Both the position numbers and the translations under genes were made by a program. Below are positions 32,744 to 41,573 of a DNA stretch of 64,000 nt, in pieces; positions within the stretch are counted from its first letter, which is position 1, and the number at the start of each line of letters is the position of its first letter. The stretch comes from Thermovirgaceae bacterium (GTDB taxonomy: Bacteria > Synergistota > Synergistia > Synergistales > Thermovirgaceae): NCBI GenBank assembly GCA_040767805.1, contig JAXGNU010000001.1, positions 128,001 through 192,000 on the forward strand. The letters are read 5' to 3'. Under the pieces are notes generated by a model, which was not told where the DNA came from, ran no database searches, and worked only from the letters and a program-made list of their open reading frames with translations.

Positions 32744-33835
32744 CTATTTAGGAATCTCGCCCTCTACGCCTTCAACGAACCAGTTCATCGAGAGCATTTC
32801 CTCGTCAGTCATCTTTTCACCGCTCTTGACGACCTCCTCGCCTTTCTGGTTCCTCACGGGACCATAAAAAACGTCCCAGCCGCCCTCGACGATCTTCGCC
32901 TTCTCCGATTCGACTAGGGCGACGACCTCATCGGGGACAACCTTGGAGATCGGGGAAAGGCCGACGAAGCCTTCCTTCAGGCCCCACCATATATCGCTGG
33001 ATTCCCAGGTGCCGTCGATGACCTTACCCGCGAAGTACTTGTAAGCCATGCCCCAGTCCCAAACCGGCGAGGTGAGGTGCTTCGTGGGGGCGTAGTGGCT
33101 CATGTCGTTGTTGTAACCGACGACGTAGACCCCTGCTTCTTCGGCGGTCTGGGGCGCCGCCCCCGAGTCGGCGTGCATGGCGATCACGTCCGCGCCGGCG
33201 TCGATGAGGGCGAGGGTGGCTTCCTTTTCCTTACCGGGGTCGAGCCAGGAGAAGAGCCAGACCACCTTGACCTTGACATCGGGGTTGACCTTCCTGGCCC
33301 CCTGCGTGAAGGAGTTGATGGCCCTGATGACCTCGGGGATCGGGTTGGCGGCCACGAAGCCGATGACGTTCTTCTTGGTCATCTTCCCGGCGACGAGCCC
33401 CGACAGGTACCTGGCCTGGTACATCCTCCCGAAGTAGTTGCCCACGTTCGGCGCCCTCTTGTAGCCGGAGCAGTGCATGAAGATCACGTCGGGGTTCTTG
33501 GCCGCGACTTCCTGGACGAAGTCCATGTACCCGAAGGAAGTGGCGAAGACCAGCTTGGCGCCGTTCCTGATGAAGGTCTCCATGACCCTCACGGAGTCGG
33601 GGCCTTCAGCGACGGACTCAACGAAAAAGCTCTCCACCCCCGGAAAAGCTTTCTCCATCTCCACCCTGCCCAAATCGTGCATGTAGGTCCACCCGCCGTC
33701 GCCGACAGGTCCCACGTAGACGAAACCGACCTTCAGGTCCTTTGCCGCCACGGGCTCAAAGGCGGAGGCCGCCGAGGCGCCCAAGATCATCGATACACAG
33801 ACCATCATCAGGATGAGCTTTTTCATTCCCTTCAT
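32744..33835 (-). CDS. BMP/PnrA-family purine/nucleoside-binding protein
   Basis: Signal peptide; VYVGPVGDGGWTYMHD, TSFGYMD, PIPEVIR.IN.F, W.DP.KE. Confidence 0.93.
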   Translation of the reverse strand: MKGMKKLILMMVCVSMILGASAASAFEPVAAKDLKVGFVYVGPVGDGGWTYMHDLGRVEMEKAFPGVESFFVESVAEGPDSVRVMETFIRNGAKLVFATSFGYMDFVQEVAAKNPDVIFMHCSGYKRAPNVGNYFGRMYQARYLSGLVAGKMTKKNVIGFVAANPIPEVIRAINSFTQGARKVNPDVKVKVVWLFSWLDPGKEKEATLALIDAGADVIAMHADSGAAPQTAEEAGVYVVGYNNDMSHYAPTKHLTSPVWDWGMAYKYFAGKVIDGTWESSDIWWGLKEGFVGLSPISKVVPDEVVALVESEKAKIVEGGWDVFYGPVRNQKGEEVVKSGEKMTDEEMLSMNWFVEGVEGEIPK

Positions 33836-33923
33836 ACCTCCCCGGAATAATGTGTTTTCCCTTCGGGTGACGCCTTACATTCTGGACAAAAGAGGCCGGT
33901 ACTTCAACTCCTTTCGAGGAAGT

Positions 33924-34745
33924 TCATACCCAGCTGTGGAGGACCCTGCCCCCGTCGAAGGTATAACCCGTGCTGTAGGAGTATGCGCCCAGGACCTCTT
34001 CCGGCGCCAGGGGCATGTGCTCCTCGACCGTTGAGGGGAAGAAGGAGAGTCCCCCCTTGCCGCGCCAGGCGTCCTCGCCGTAACGGTAATCCTCGGCGCC
34101 CAGCGAGACCAGTTCCAGGACGGAGGGCGGCGCGCCCTTCACGATCGAGGGGAAATGCCTGATGTGGAAAAGGGGCAGCCCCATGGGCCGGGGCAGCTCC
34201 CCGGGCGAAACCTTCTCCAGGACCTCCATCTCACCTTCGAAGAGTTTTTCGCCGTGGGATGAGGCCACGCCCTTCAGCCTTGTCCCCGGCCCCATGGCGG
34301 GCATGCCGGGGTTCAGGGGGTGGTAGGATGTCATGGAGACCTGCCCTAGTTTCTTGGGGAAGCCCATGAACCAACCCCTGGCGAGGCTGAAATCGTTATC
34401 GACCCAAATATGGAGACAGATTTGCCCCTGGACCCCCTCGAAGGCGCAGCCGGCCCATACCGCCGCCTCCATGTACTGGGTCCTCTCGGGGAGCACCCAG
34501 GGCATATCCTTCCTCTCCTCCCAGACGGACCACCAGCGGCTGAAGGCCACGTAGGCGAGGCCGGGCTCTTCCGCCGGTTCCAGCGGGCGGGGCAGGTAGG
34601 AGGCAATAGCGTCGGGGTCGGTCCTGTAGAGGATGTTCAGGTACTCCGTCCCGTAGTGCCAGGGGAAAGGTCCTACTATGGAGGCTTTGCCCTCCGGAGT
34701 GAGGGGGTAGGAAAAACCCTTGAGTTTGAAAGGTCCCTCTTTCAC
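33924..34745 (-). CDS. Acetoacetate-decarboxylase-superfamily protein (MppR-like)
   Basis: GFSYPLTPEG..S...PWHY, YRTDP, RGWFMGFPKKLG (Schiff-base Lys). GTG start at 34745 after AGGGAGGG. Confidence 0.8.
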   Translation of the reverse strand: MKEGPFKLKGFSYPLTPEGKASIVGPFPWHYGTEYLNILYRTDPDAIASYLPRPLEPAEEPGLAYVAFSRWWSVWEERKDMPWVLPERTQYMEAAVWAGCAFEGVQGQICLHIWVDNDFSLARGWFMGFPKKLGQVSMTSYHPLNPGMPAMGPGTRLKGVASSHGEKLFEGEMEVLEKVSPGELPRPMGLPLFHIRHFPSIVKGAPPSVLELVSLGAEDYRYGEDAWRGKGGLSFFPSTVEEHMPLAPEEVLGAYSYSTGYTFDGGRVLHSWV

Positions 34746-34788
34746 CGGTAAACCCTCCCTCTTTGTTCGGTGGCAAAAAAACAAAAAA

Positions 34789-34885
34789 TGGCGGAGACGT
34801 GTGGGAATCGAACCCACCGGAGCCGGCCGTACCGACCCCCACCGGGTTTGAAGCCCGGGGCACTCACCAGAGCACACTCGCCTCC
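34789..34885 (-). tRNA. selC: tRNA-Sec (anticodon UCA)
   Basis: 97 nt: 6-bp D-stem with UGGU loop, CUUCAAA anticodon loop, long variable arm, GUGGG-UUCGAUU-CCCAC T-arm, G73 discriminator and encoded CCA. Confidence 0.96.
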
Positions 34886-34897
34886 GACGGTCATAAT

Positions 34898-34926
34898 ATT
34901 CTAAATGCTCAAGAGCCTCCCGTCCA
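34898..34926 (-). promoter_or_regulatory. Putative promoter of selC
   Basis: TGGACG-N17-TAGAAT, 12 nt upstream of the tRNA 5' end. Confidence 0.6.
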
Positions 34927-34949
34927 CCGAAAAAACAGAGTCGCCGATA

Positions 34950-35486
34950 CTACCCTGCCGGGTGGTAGCCCGCCAGGCTCTCCCTGAGCTTCTTCCTGGC
35001 GCGCTGGAGGGCGTTGTCGGTCCTCTTCCTGGACCACCCGAGCAGGGCCGCCGCGGAGGATACCGACCCCGCCTGAAGGAAGGCGTCCAGCGCGGCGATC
35101 TCCATGACGGAAAGCCCTTCCAGGAGACCTTCGTCCAGGATGAATAACGGCCAGGCCGCATTCACATCCCCAGCGGCCGGTTCGAGCGCGCCGCGGCCGT
35201 ACTGCCGGGCCTTTTCCCTCCTGAGAAAGGACACCATCCCGTTCCTGGCGCAGGAAAAAGCGAAGGACGTGAACTTCCCCCTGCTGCCGTCGTACTTCGG
35301 GAGGGCCCTGAGTATGGAGATGAACCCCTCCTGCAGCAGGTCTTCGAAAAAGGGGCCGCCTCCCCGGGAGAGCCTCCCCGCTACCCCCCTCACCAGGGGG
35401 GTGATCAGGACCAGCAGTTCTTCCAGGGCCTCCGGGTCGCCGCCCCTGCACCTTTCGAGAAGGTCCTCCCCGGGCTCATCCCACAT
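34950..35486 (-). CDS. Sigma-70 family alternative sigma factor, SigH-like
   Basis: Region 2 EDLLQEG...YD...FTSFA; region 4 ends in DNALQRARKKL (SigH-like). Start at ATG 35486. Confidence 0.8.
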   Translation of the reverse strand: MWDEPGEDLLERCRGGDPEALEELLVLITPLVRGVAGRLSRGGGPFFEDLLQEGFISILRALPKYDGSRGKFTSFAFSCARNGMVSFLRREKARQYGRGALEPAAGDVNAAWPLFILDEGLLEGLSVMEIAALDAFLQAGSVSSAAALLGWSRKRTDNALQRARKKLRESLAGYHPAG

Positions 35487-35493
35487 CCGCCGG

Positions 35494-36819
35494 TCACCGG
35501 CCCGTCTCACCGGGCTCCACGGTGTCGATGACGAGGGCCGGGGATACGGCTTCGCCGCCGATCTCAAAGGCGCCCTCGAGGAGACGGCGCGCCTCGCTCC
35601 AGCGGCTCTCATAGACGGAAAAGAACGCCCTTGCCAGCGGCTCGCCCCTGGACACGGGGTCGCCGATCTTCTTCAGGACCTGGCAGGCCGCCCCGGGGTC
35701 GACAGTCTCGGTCCTGGCTAGCCGTCCTCCTCCCAGTACCCTCAGGCTCTCCCCAACGGCCCTCGCGTCGCACCGGGCGACCACGCCGCTCCTTTCGGCC
35801 TCGATCACCCCGGTGGCACCGGCGAGGTGGCCCCCACGGGCCGCCCTTTCGTTGAAAGCCTCGAGGTCCCCGCCCTGGGCGTGGACCATCTCTTCGAACT
35901 TGCCGTAGGCCCTCCCGGAGTCGAGAGCACTCTCGGCCAGGCGACGGGCCTCCTCCGGCGAACCCGCCAGGCCTCCCAGGCGGACCATGGAAGCGGCAAG
36001 CCGGAGGGAGAGCTCCCTGACGTCGCCGGGCCCCTTCCGGAGCAGGACTTCCACCGCCTCGGCCACCTCGGCGGCGTTCCCGACCCACCTTCCCAGGGGT
36101 TGGTCCATCGCCGTCACCAGGGCCATGGTTTTCCTGCCCAGTGAAGCCGAAAGCCCGACGAGGCTTTCCGACAGTTCACGGGCCGAGGCTACGTCCTTCA
36201 TGAAGGCCCCCGAGCCGCACTTGACGTCGAACACGAAGGCTTTGGATCCCCCTGCCATCTTTTTACTCACGATGCTGCTGGTGATGAGCGGTATGGAGGG
36301 CACTGTGCCGGTCACGTCCCTCAACTCGTAAAAAAGGGCCTCCGCCGGCGCCAGGTCCTCCGAGTGCCCGCTTATGGCGCAACCGACCTTCGTCACCTGT
36401 TCGACGAACCGCCCCAGGTCGAGGTGGGCGGAAAAACCGGGTATCGATTCGAGTTTATCGACGGTCCCCCCGGTGAAACCGAGGCCCCTGCCGCTGAGCT
36501 TGGCCACGGGGACCCCGCAGGCGGCGGCCAGGGGCACCACGACGAGGCTCGTCTTGTCACCCACGCCGCCGGTGCTGTGCTTGTCCACCGGGAAAATATC
36601 CCCGGGGAAGGTGACGACCTTTCCTGAGAGCGACAGGGCCTCGGTGAAGGCCTTAACCTCCCGGCGGGTCATCCCGCGGAAGAAGACCGCCATGAGCCAC
36701 GCCGCCACCTGGTAATCGGGGATCTCGCCCCCCTGGGCCAGCCGTACGAACTCGGCGATCTCTCGGGGGGTCGACCCCTTGCCGTCCCGACGGTCCTCGA
36801 TGAAGGCGACGGGGTTCAT
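35494..36819 (-). CDS. pdp: Pyrimidine-nucleoside (thymidine) phosphorylase
   Basis: DKHSTGGVGDK, SGRGLG.TGGT.DKLESIPG, RDVTGTV, SIVSKK. Confidence 0.96.
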   Translation of the reverse strand: MNPVAFIEDRRDGKGSTPREIAEFVRLAQGGEIPDYQVAAWLMAVFFRGMTRREVKAFTEALSLSGKVVTFPGDIFPVDKHSTGGVGDKTSLVVVPLAAACGVPVAKLSGRGLGFTGGTVDKLESIPGFSAHLDLGRFVEQVTKVGCAISGHSEDLAPAEALFYELRDVTGTVPSIPLITSSIVSKKMAGGSKAFVFDVKCGSGAFMKDVASARELSESLVGLSASLGRKTMALVTAMDQPLGRWVGNAAEVAEAVEVLLRKGPGDVRELSLRLAASMVRLGGLAGSPEEARRLAESALDSGRAYGKFEEMVHAQGGDLEAFNERAARGGHLAGATGVIEAERSGVVARCDARAVGESLRVLGGGRLARTETVDPGAACQVLKKIGDPVSRGEPLARAFFSVYESRWSEARRLLEGAFEIGGEAVSPALVIDTVEPGETGR

Positions 36820-37649
36820 GGCACCCTCGACCCCAGTATCGCCACCATGGACTTCACGAGGCGGGAGAGCCTCCCGGCGGCCTTGCCCATTTCTTTCATG
36901 ACCTGCTCGTGGGTCAGGACGGCCTCCTTCATCCCGGCGGCGTAGTTCGCCACACAGGAGATGACGCAGACCCTCATGCCCATATGCCTGGCGACGATGA
37001 CCTCGGGGACGGTGGACATGCCCACCAGATCGGCACCCAGAGCCCTGACCATCCTTATTTCCGCCGGGGTCTCGAAGGAGGGGCCGGGGAAGGCGGCGTA
37101 AACGCCCCGCTTGAGCCGCACCCCGATCGACGAGGCGGCCTCCTCGGCGATGGCGATCAACTCGCGGTCGTAGGTGAAGGTCATGTCGGGGAATCTCGGC
37201 CCCCAGTCGTCTTCGTTCCTCCCACGGAGGGGGTTGAAACCCTGGAGGTTTATATGGTCACGAAGGACCACAAGGTCGCCGGGCGACAGTTCGTGACTGA
37301 CGCCCCCCGAGGCGTTGGTGGCGAAATAAAAGGGCACGCCCATCTCGCCCAGGACCCTCACGGGAAAGGCGACCTCCTCGGGGGAATAGCCTTCGTAGTA
37401 GTGGACCCTCCCCTGCATCACCAGCACTGGGACGTCCCCCAGGCGGCCCGACACCAGCCTGCCGGCATGGCCCGGGGCCGTTGACACGGGCCACCGATCT
37501 ATACCCGCAATAGGTATCGTCAGGGCGTCCTCCAACGAATCGGCCAGGGATCCCAGTCCGGAGCCCAGCACGATGGCGACCTTGGGCACCGCACGGATCC
37601 TGTCCTGAATTAATTTCGCTGCCCTGGCGACCTCTTCCCTGTAGGACAA
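36816..37649 (-). CDS. punA: Purine-nucleoside phosphorylase (trimeric type)
   Basis: LGSGLG, GHAG, QGRVHYYEG, GPSFETPAE, VGMSTVPE. Confidence 0.96.
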   Translation of the reverse strand: MSYREEVARAAKLIQDRIRAVPKVAIVLGSGLGSLADSLEDALTIPIAGIDRWPVSTAPGHAGRLVSGRLGDVPVLVMQGRVHYYEGYSPEEVAFPVRVLGEMGVPFYFATNASGGVSHELSPGDLVVLRDHINLQGFNPLRGRNEDDWGPRFPDMTFTYDRELIAIAEEAASSIGVRLKRGVYAAFPGPSFETPAEIRMVRALGADLVGMSTVPEVIVARHMGMRVCVISCVANYAAGMKEAVLTHEQVMKEMGKAAGRLSRLVKSMVAILGSRVP

Positions 37650-37688
37650 TGCGCAACCTCCTCAGGCATCCATTTTTTAGCGACGGGG

Positions 37689-38576
37689 TTAAGCCCTGGG
37701 GTGGCTTTTATCGTAAACATCCCGGAGTTCCACGTCAAAGTGAGTGTATTTCTCCGTGGTCATTATCGAGGAATGGCCCAGCAGTTCCTGCAGGACCCTG
37801 AGGTCCATGCCCCGCCTGAGCAAATGGGTCGCGAAGGAATGCCTCAATATGTGCGGGTGAAGCCTTGAGCGGGAGATGCCGGCTTTCTCGCCCCTTTTCC
37901 GGATGATCCGCCAGACGTCCTCCCTTCTCAAGGGCCTTCCGCTCCTGGAGAGGAAGAACTTGCCTCCTCCGGAACCACCCAGCAAACCCCTCCCGGAGGA
38001 CAGGTACCTCTCGACCCTGGCCTTGACCTTCCCGACTAGGGGGACCACCCTTTCCTTGTCCCCCTTGCCCCTGAGCCTGATCAGCCCCGTGTGGAGCCCC
38101 ACGTCGGTGAGGTCCAGCGAGGCGATCTCTCCCGCCCTGAGGCCGCAGCCGTAACCGACCTCGACGATGGCCCTGTCCCTGAGCGAAAGGGGGTCGTCGC
38201 CCTCGCAGGCTTCGAGAAGCCTGTCGACCTCCCCTTCCGTCAGGACCTTGGGCAGTTTCCTCTCCCTGGAGGGAAGGCGTAAAAGGTCCAGGGACCCGCC
38301 GGAAACGCCCTCCGAGGCTAGGAACCTCGTCCACGAACGGAGCGCGGCCGCCGCCCTTTGGATCGATGACTTGCTGCGTCCCTCCCTGGAGAGAAAACCC
38401 AGGTATTCCGCTATTCTTTCCGGTGAGGGAGGCGAAGGGGGGATGCCTTTTTCAGAGCAAAAGGAGAACCAGCCGCGAAGGTCGCTTCGGTAGGCGTTGA
38501 CGGTGTTCTCCGAACAACCCCTCTCGTAGCGGAGGTAATTGAAAAATGTACCAAGGTCGGGGATATTTCTTTTCAT
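37689..38576 (-). CDS. xerD: XerD/XerC-family chromosomal tyrosine recombinase
   Basis: SENTVNAYRSDL, GLR..E, GKGDKER, HILRHSFATHLL, LLGH, catalytic Tyr in TEKYTH; nudF-xerD-punA context. Confidence 0.88.
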   Translation of the reverse strand: MKRNIPDLGTFFNYLRYERGCSENTVNAYRSDLRGWFSFCSEKGIPPSPPSPERIAEYLGFLSREGRSKSSIQRAAAALRSWTRFLASEGVSGGSLDLLRLPSRERKLPKVLTEGEVDRLLEACEGDDPLSLRDRAIVEVGYGCGLRAGEIASLDLTDVGLHTGLIRLRGKGDKERVVPLVGKVKARVERYLSSGRGLLGGSGGGKFFLSRSGRPLRREDVWRIIRKRGEKAGISRSRLHPHILRHSFATHLLRRGMDLRVLQELLGHSSIMTTEKYTHFDVELRDVYDKSHPRA

Positions 38577-38628
38577 ACCGGTCGGCCTTCCCGGGGAGGG
38601 GCCGGAAGCCCCTCCCCCGTTTTGGCTT

Positions 38629-39156
38629 TTATCTCGAAAGGAACCAGTAGATCGCCGTCAGCGTCTTGGAATCCCTGATCTCCCCGGAAAGGACCGCCTC
38701 CTGGAGTTGACTTCGGTCCAGCCTGACCACGTCCATGAATTCGTCGCTGTCCCGCTCCTTGGGCGCCGGCGACAGCTCCCGGGCGTGAAAGAGGATAATC
38801 CTTTCGTCGCTGAAGCCCGGCGAGGTAAAGAATTGGGCCACCTCCGCCAAAGCCCCCGGTTTGAACCCGGTCTCCTCCCTCAGCTCCCTTTCGGCCGTCT
38901 CGACCGGCTCCTCACCGGGTTCGACGATCCCCGCGGGGATCTCCAGGAGGTACTCCCCCGCGGGGTACCGGTATTGTCTCACCAGGAAGAGGCCCCCATC
39001 GCCGGTTTCGGCGATGATGCCGACGGCGGGGGCGTGTTCCACCACCTCCCGCAGGGCCATGCCCCCGTCGGGGAGCCTGACCCTGTCGACCCGGAGGTTA
39101 AGGATCCGCCCCTTGTATAACAGTTCGCCCGAAACCTTCTCCTCCCGGGGGAACAT
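38629..39156 (-). CDS. nudF: NUDIX hydrolase (ADP-ribose pyrophosphatase-like)
   Basis: REVVEH, RQYRYP, Nudix box GIVEPGEEPVETAERELREETG, SPGFSDE. Confidence 0.88.
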   Translation of the reverse strand: MFPREEKVSGELLYKGRILNLRVDRVRLPDGGMALREVVEHAPAVGIIAETGDGGLFLVRQYRYPAGEYLLEIPAGIVEPGEEPVETAERELREETGFKPGALAEVAQFFTSPGFSDERIILFHARELSPAPKERDSDEFMDVVRLDRSQLQEAVLSGEIRDSKTLTAIYWFLSR

Positions 39157-39159
39157 GGC

Positions 39160-39723
39160 TCAGGCTTTCTTGAGCAGTTCCCGGGCTATCTCCCTCCCCT
39201 TTTCGAAGGCCTCCAGGTTCATGGGGAGGAACTGGGGTTTTCTTTTCCCGAGTTTGTCCTTTATGGTCTCGATGCAGGCCTCGACGCCCACCAGGTCGGT
39301 GGCTTCGACGATGGCGCCCAGCACGACGATGTTGGAGACCTTGTCGCTGCCGAGGGCCAGGGCGACGCTGTGGGCCGGTATCGGGAAGACAGTGACATCC
39401 TTCCTGGGGTTGGGGTACTTGACCAGGTCGGAATTGTACACCAGGAGCCCGCCGGGCTTCACCGACCGCTCGAACCTTTCCATCGACGGGTTGTTCATTA
39501 TCACCGTGACATCCGCCTCGGCGACGACGGGCGAGGCGATCTCCTCGTCGCTGATGGCCACACCGCAGTTCGCCGTCCCGCCGCGCATCTCAGGACCGTA
39601 GGAAGGGATCCAGGTGACGTGACGGCCCTCACTGATGGCCGTGTAGGCCACCAACTGGCCCAGGACCATTATGCCCTGCCCCCCGAAACCGGCGGCTATC
39701 ATTCCTCTGAAAAATCCGGACAT
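39160..39723 (-). CDS. 2-oxoacid:ferredoxin oxidoreductase gamma subunit
   Basis: AGFGGQG, PSYGPEMRGGTANC. Confidence 0.95.
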   Translation of the reverse strand: MSGFFRGMIAAGFGGQGIMVLGQLVAYTAISEGRHVTWIPSYGPEMRGGTANCGVAISDEEIASPVVAEADVTVIMNNPSMERFERSVKPGGLLVYNSDLVKYPNPRKDVTVFPIPAHSVALALGSDKVSNIVVLGAIVEATDLVGVEACIETIKDKLGKRKPQFLPMNLEAFEKGREIARELLKKA

Positions 39724-39736
39724 ATCCTTCCCTCCC

Positions 39737-40483
39737 CTATTCGAAGTTCTTGAAAACGCCCAGGGGATAGTGAGGTATCATGGCGCTCTCGGTCCACTCG
39801 AAAGACTGGACCGGGGTCATCCCCCAGTTGGTGGGGCAGTTGGAGAGGACCTCCACGAAGGAGTAACCCCTGCCCTCGATCTGGTTCACGAAGGCCTGCT
39901 TGATGGCCTTCTTGGCCTCGATGATGTACTTCGGCTTGGCCACGGTGACCCTCGTGATGAAACCCGGGGTCTCGAGGGTGGCGAGGAGTTCGCACATCCT
40001 CATGGGGTAACCGGCCAGTTCGGGGTCCCTCCCGAAGGGGCTGGTGGTGGTCTTCTGCCCGATGAGGGTCGTCGGTGCCATCTGGCCGCCGGTCATCCCG
40101 TAGATGGCGTTGTTTATGAAGATGGTGGTCAGCTTCTCACCCCTGTTGGCCGCGTGGATGATCTCGGCCGTCCCTATGGAGGCCAGGTCGCCGTCTCCCT
40201 GGTAGGTGAAGACGATCTTGTCCGGCCGGGTCCGCTTTATCCCCGTGGCCAGCGCCGGCGCCCTGCCGTGGGCCGCCTCGCAGAAGTCGATGTCGAAGTA
40301 GTCGTACATCAGGGCGGCGCAACCGACGGGCGCGGTCCCTATCGTATCATCCTGTATCCCCAGTTCATCGATGATCTCGCAGATGAGCCTGTGGGTGATG
40401 CCGTGTCCGCACCCCGGGCAATAATGGGTGTGCACGTCCTTGGCCCATGACTTCGGCCTTTCGTAGATCTTTACCTCTTTCAT
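39737..40483 (-). CDS. 2-oxoacid:ferredoxin oxidoreductase beta (TPP-binding) subunit, VOR-like
   Basis: HYCPGCGHG, YQGDGD, NNAIYGMTGGQ, CPTNW. Start at ATG 40483. Confidence 0.95.
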   Translation of the reverse strand: MKEVKIYERPKSWAKDVHTHYCPGCGHGITHRLICEIIDELGIQDDTIGTAPVGCAALMYDYFDIDFCEAAHGRAPALATGIKRTRPDKIVFTYQGDGDLASIGTAEIIHAANRGEKLTTIFINNAIYGMTGGQMAPTTLIGQKTTTSPFGRDPELAGYPMRMCELLATLETPGFITRVTVAKPKYIIEAKKAIKQAFVNQIEGRGYSFVEVLSNCPTNWGMTPVQSFEWTESAMIPHYPLGVFKNFE

Positions 40484-40503
40484 CGGTCCGACACCTCCCT
40501 GGA

Positions 40504-41556
40504 CTAAAGAATGGCCCTGATCTGCTCCTCGATCTCCTTGACCGAGGGAGCGATACCCCCCGCGTGCCCGAAAAAGGACACCGGGGCCTTCCCGCAAACG
40601 GCCGCCTCGACATCCTCGACCATCTGCCCCATGTTCATCTCGACCACCAGGACGCCCTTCAAGCCCGTGGCGAGTTCCCGGATCTTTTCCTTCGGGAAGG
40701 GGTACAGCGTTATGGGCCTCAGCATGCCGACCTTTATGCCTTCGTTCCTCAGGTTGTTTATGGCCGATCTGGCTATCCTTGCCGTCGTTCCAAAGGCGCA
40801 AAGCAGGATCTCGGCTCCGTCGCAGCGGTATGCCTCGAACCTGACCTCTTTTTCCATCTCGCGGTACTTCTTCTGCAATTCGATATTGTGGCGCTCCAGG
40901 TCTTCGGGGTTGAGGTAGAGGCTTTTGAGTATGGCCCTCTTGCCCCCGCGCTCCTTCATGCACCCCAACGCCCAGGGCTCCCTGGGCGGGAGGTTCTCCG
41001 AGATATGCTCCTTGATCTCGACGGCCTCCATCATCTGGCCCATGAACCCGTCGGCGAGGATCATGACGGGGTTGCGGTACTGCTGGGCGAGGTCGAAGGC
41101 CATCTGGGTCAGTTCCACTGCTTCCTGCAGCGTGCTCGGCGCGAGGACCAGGAGACGGTAGTCCCCGTTACCGCCGCCCTTGGTGGCCTGCATGTAGTCC
41201 GCCTGGGACGGGAGTATCCCGCCGAGGCCGGGGCCTCCCCTCATGACGTTGACGATGACGGCGGGTATCTCGCACCCGGCTATGTAACTGATCCCCTCGG
41301 ACATGAGGGATATTCCCGGGCTCGACGAGGTGGTCATGATCTTCGTCCCCGTCGCTCCCCCGCCCATGACCATGTTGATCGCCGCGAGTTCGCTTTCGGC
41401 CTGTACGTAGGCGCCGCCTATCTTCGGCAGTTTCCCCGACATGTACTCCGGGATCTCGTTCTGGGGCGTGATGGGGTAACCGAAAAAGTACTTGCAGCCC
41501 GCCTGGATGGCGGCTTCCGCTATAGCTTCCGTGCCCTTCATAAGTACTCGTGCCAT
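40504..41556 (-). CDS. vorB: 2-oxoacid:ferredoxin oxidoreductase alpha subunit (2-ketoisovalerate/VorB-like)
   Basis: FGYPITPQ, QAESE, TSSSPGISL, RGGPGLG.I.PSQADY, VEMNMGQM. Confidence 0.88.
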   Translation of the reverse strand: MARVLMKGTEAIAEAAIQAGCKYFFGYPITPQNEIPEYMSGKLPKIGGAYVQAESELAAINMVMGGGATGTKIMTTSSSPGISLMSEGISYIAGCEIPAVIVNVMRGGPGLGGILPSQADYMQATKGGGNGDYRLLVLAPSTLQEAVELTQMAFDLAQQYRNPVMILADGFMGQMMEAVEIKEHISENLPPREPWALGCMKERGGKRAILKSLYLNPEDLERHNIELQKKYREMEKEVRFEAYRCDGAEILLCAFGTTARIARSAINNLRNEGIKVGMLRPITLYPFPKEKIRELATGLKGVLVVEMNMGQMVEDVEAAVCGKAPVSFFGHAGGIAPSVKEIEEQIRAIL

Positions 41557-41573
41557 GGGTACCACCTCCGGCC

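Noticed and set aside
33836..33923. Purine riboswitch upstream of the BMP transporter (also checked upstream of guaB)
   Set aside because: The leaders are short and lack the three-way-junction purine aptamer consensus.
28505..34789. Genomic island integrated at selC
   Set aside because: I found no integrase, no duplicated tRNA 3' end and no evident compositional shift.
34746..34877. N-terminal extension of the decarboxylase-family ORF in the ORF track
   Set aside because: It runs through tRNA-Sec; a good RBS supports GTG 34745 instead.
37689..38576. Tyrosine recombinase as a phage or mobile-element integrase
   Set aside because: Its size, motifs and nudF-xerD-punA context indicate a housekeeping Xer recombinase.
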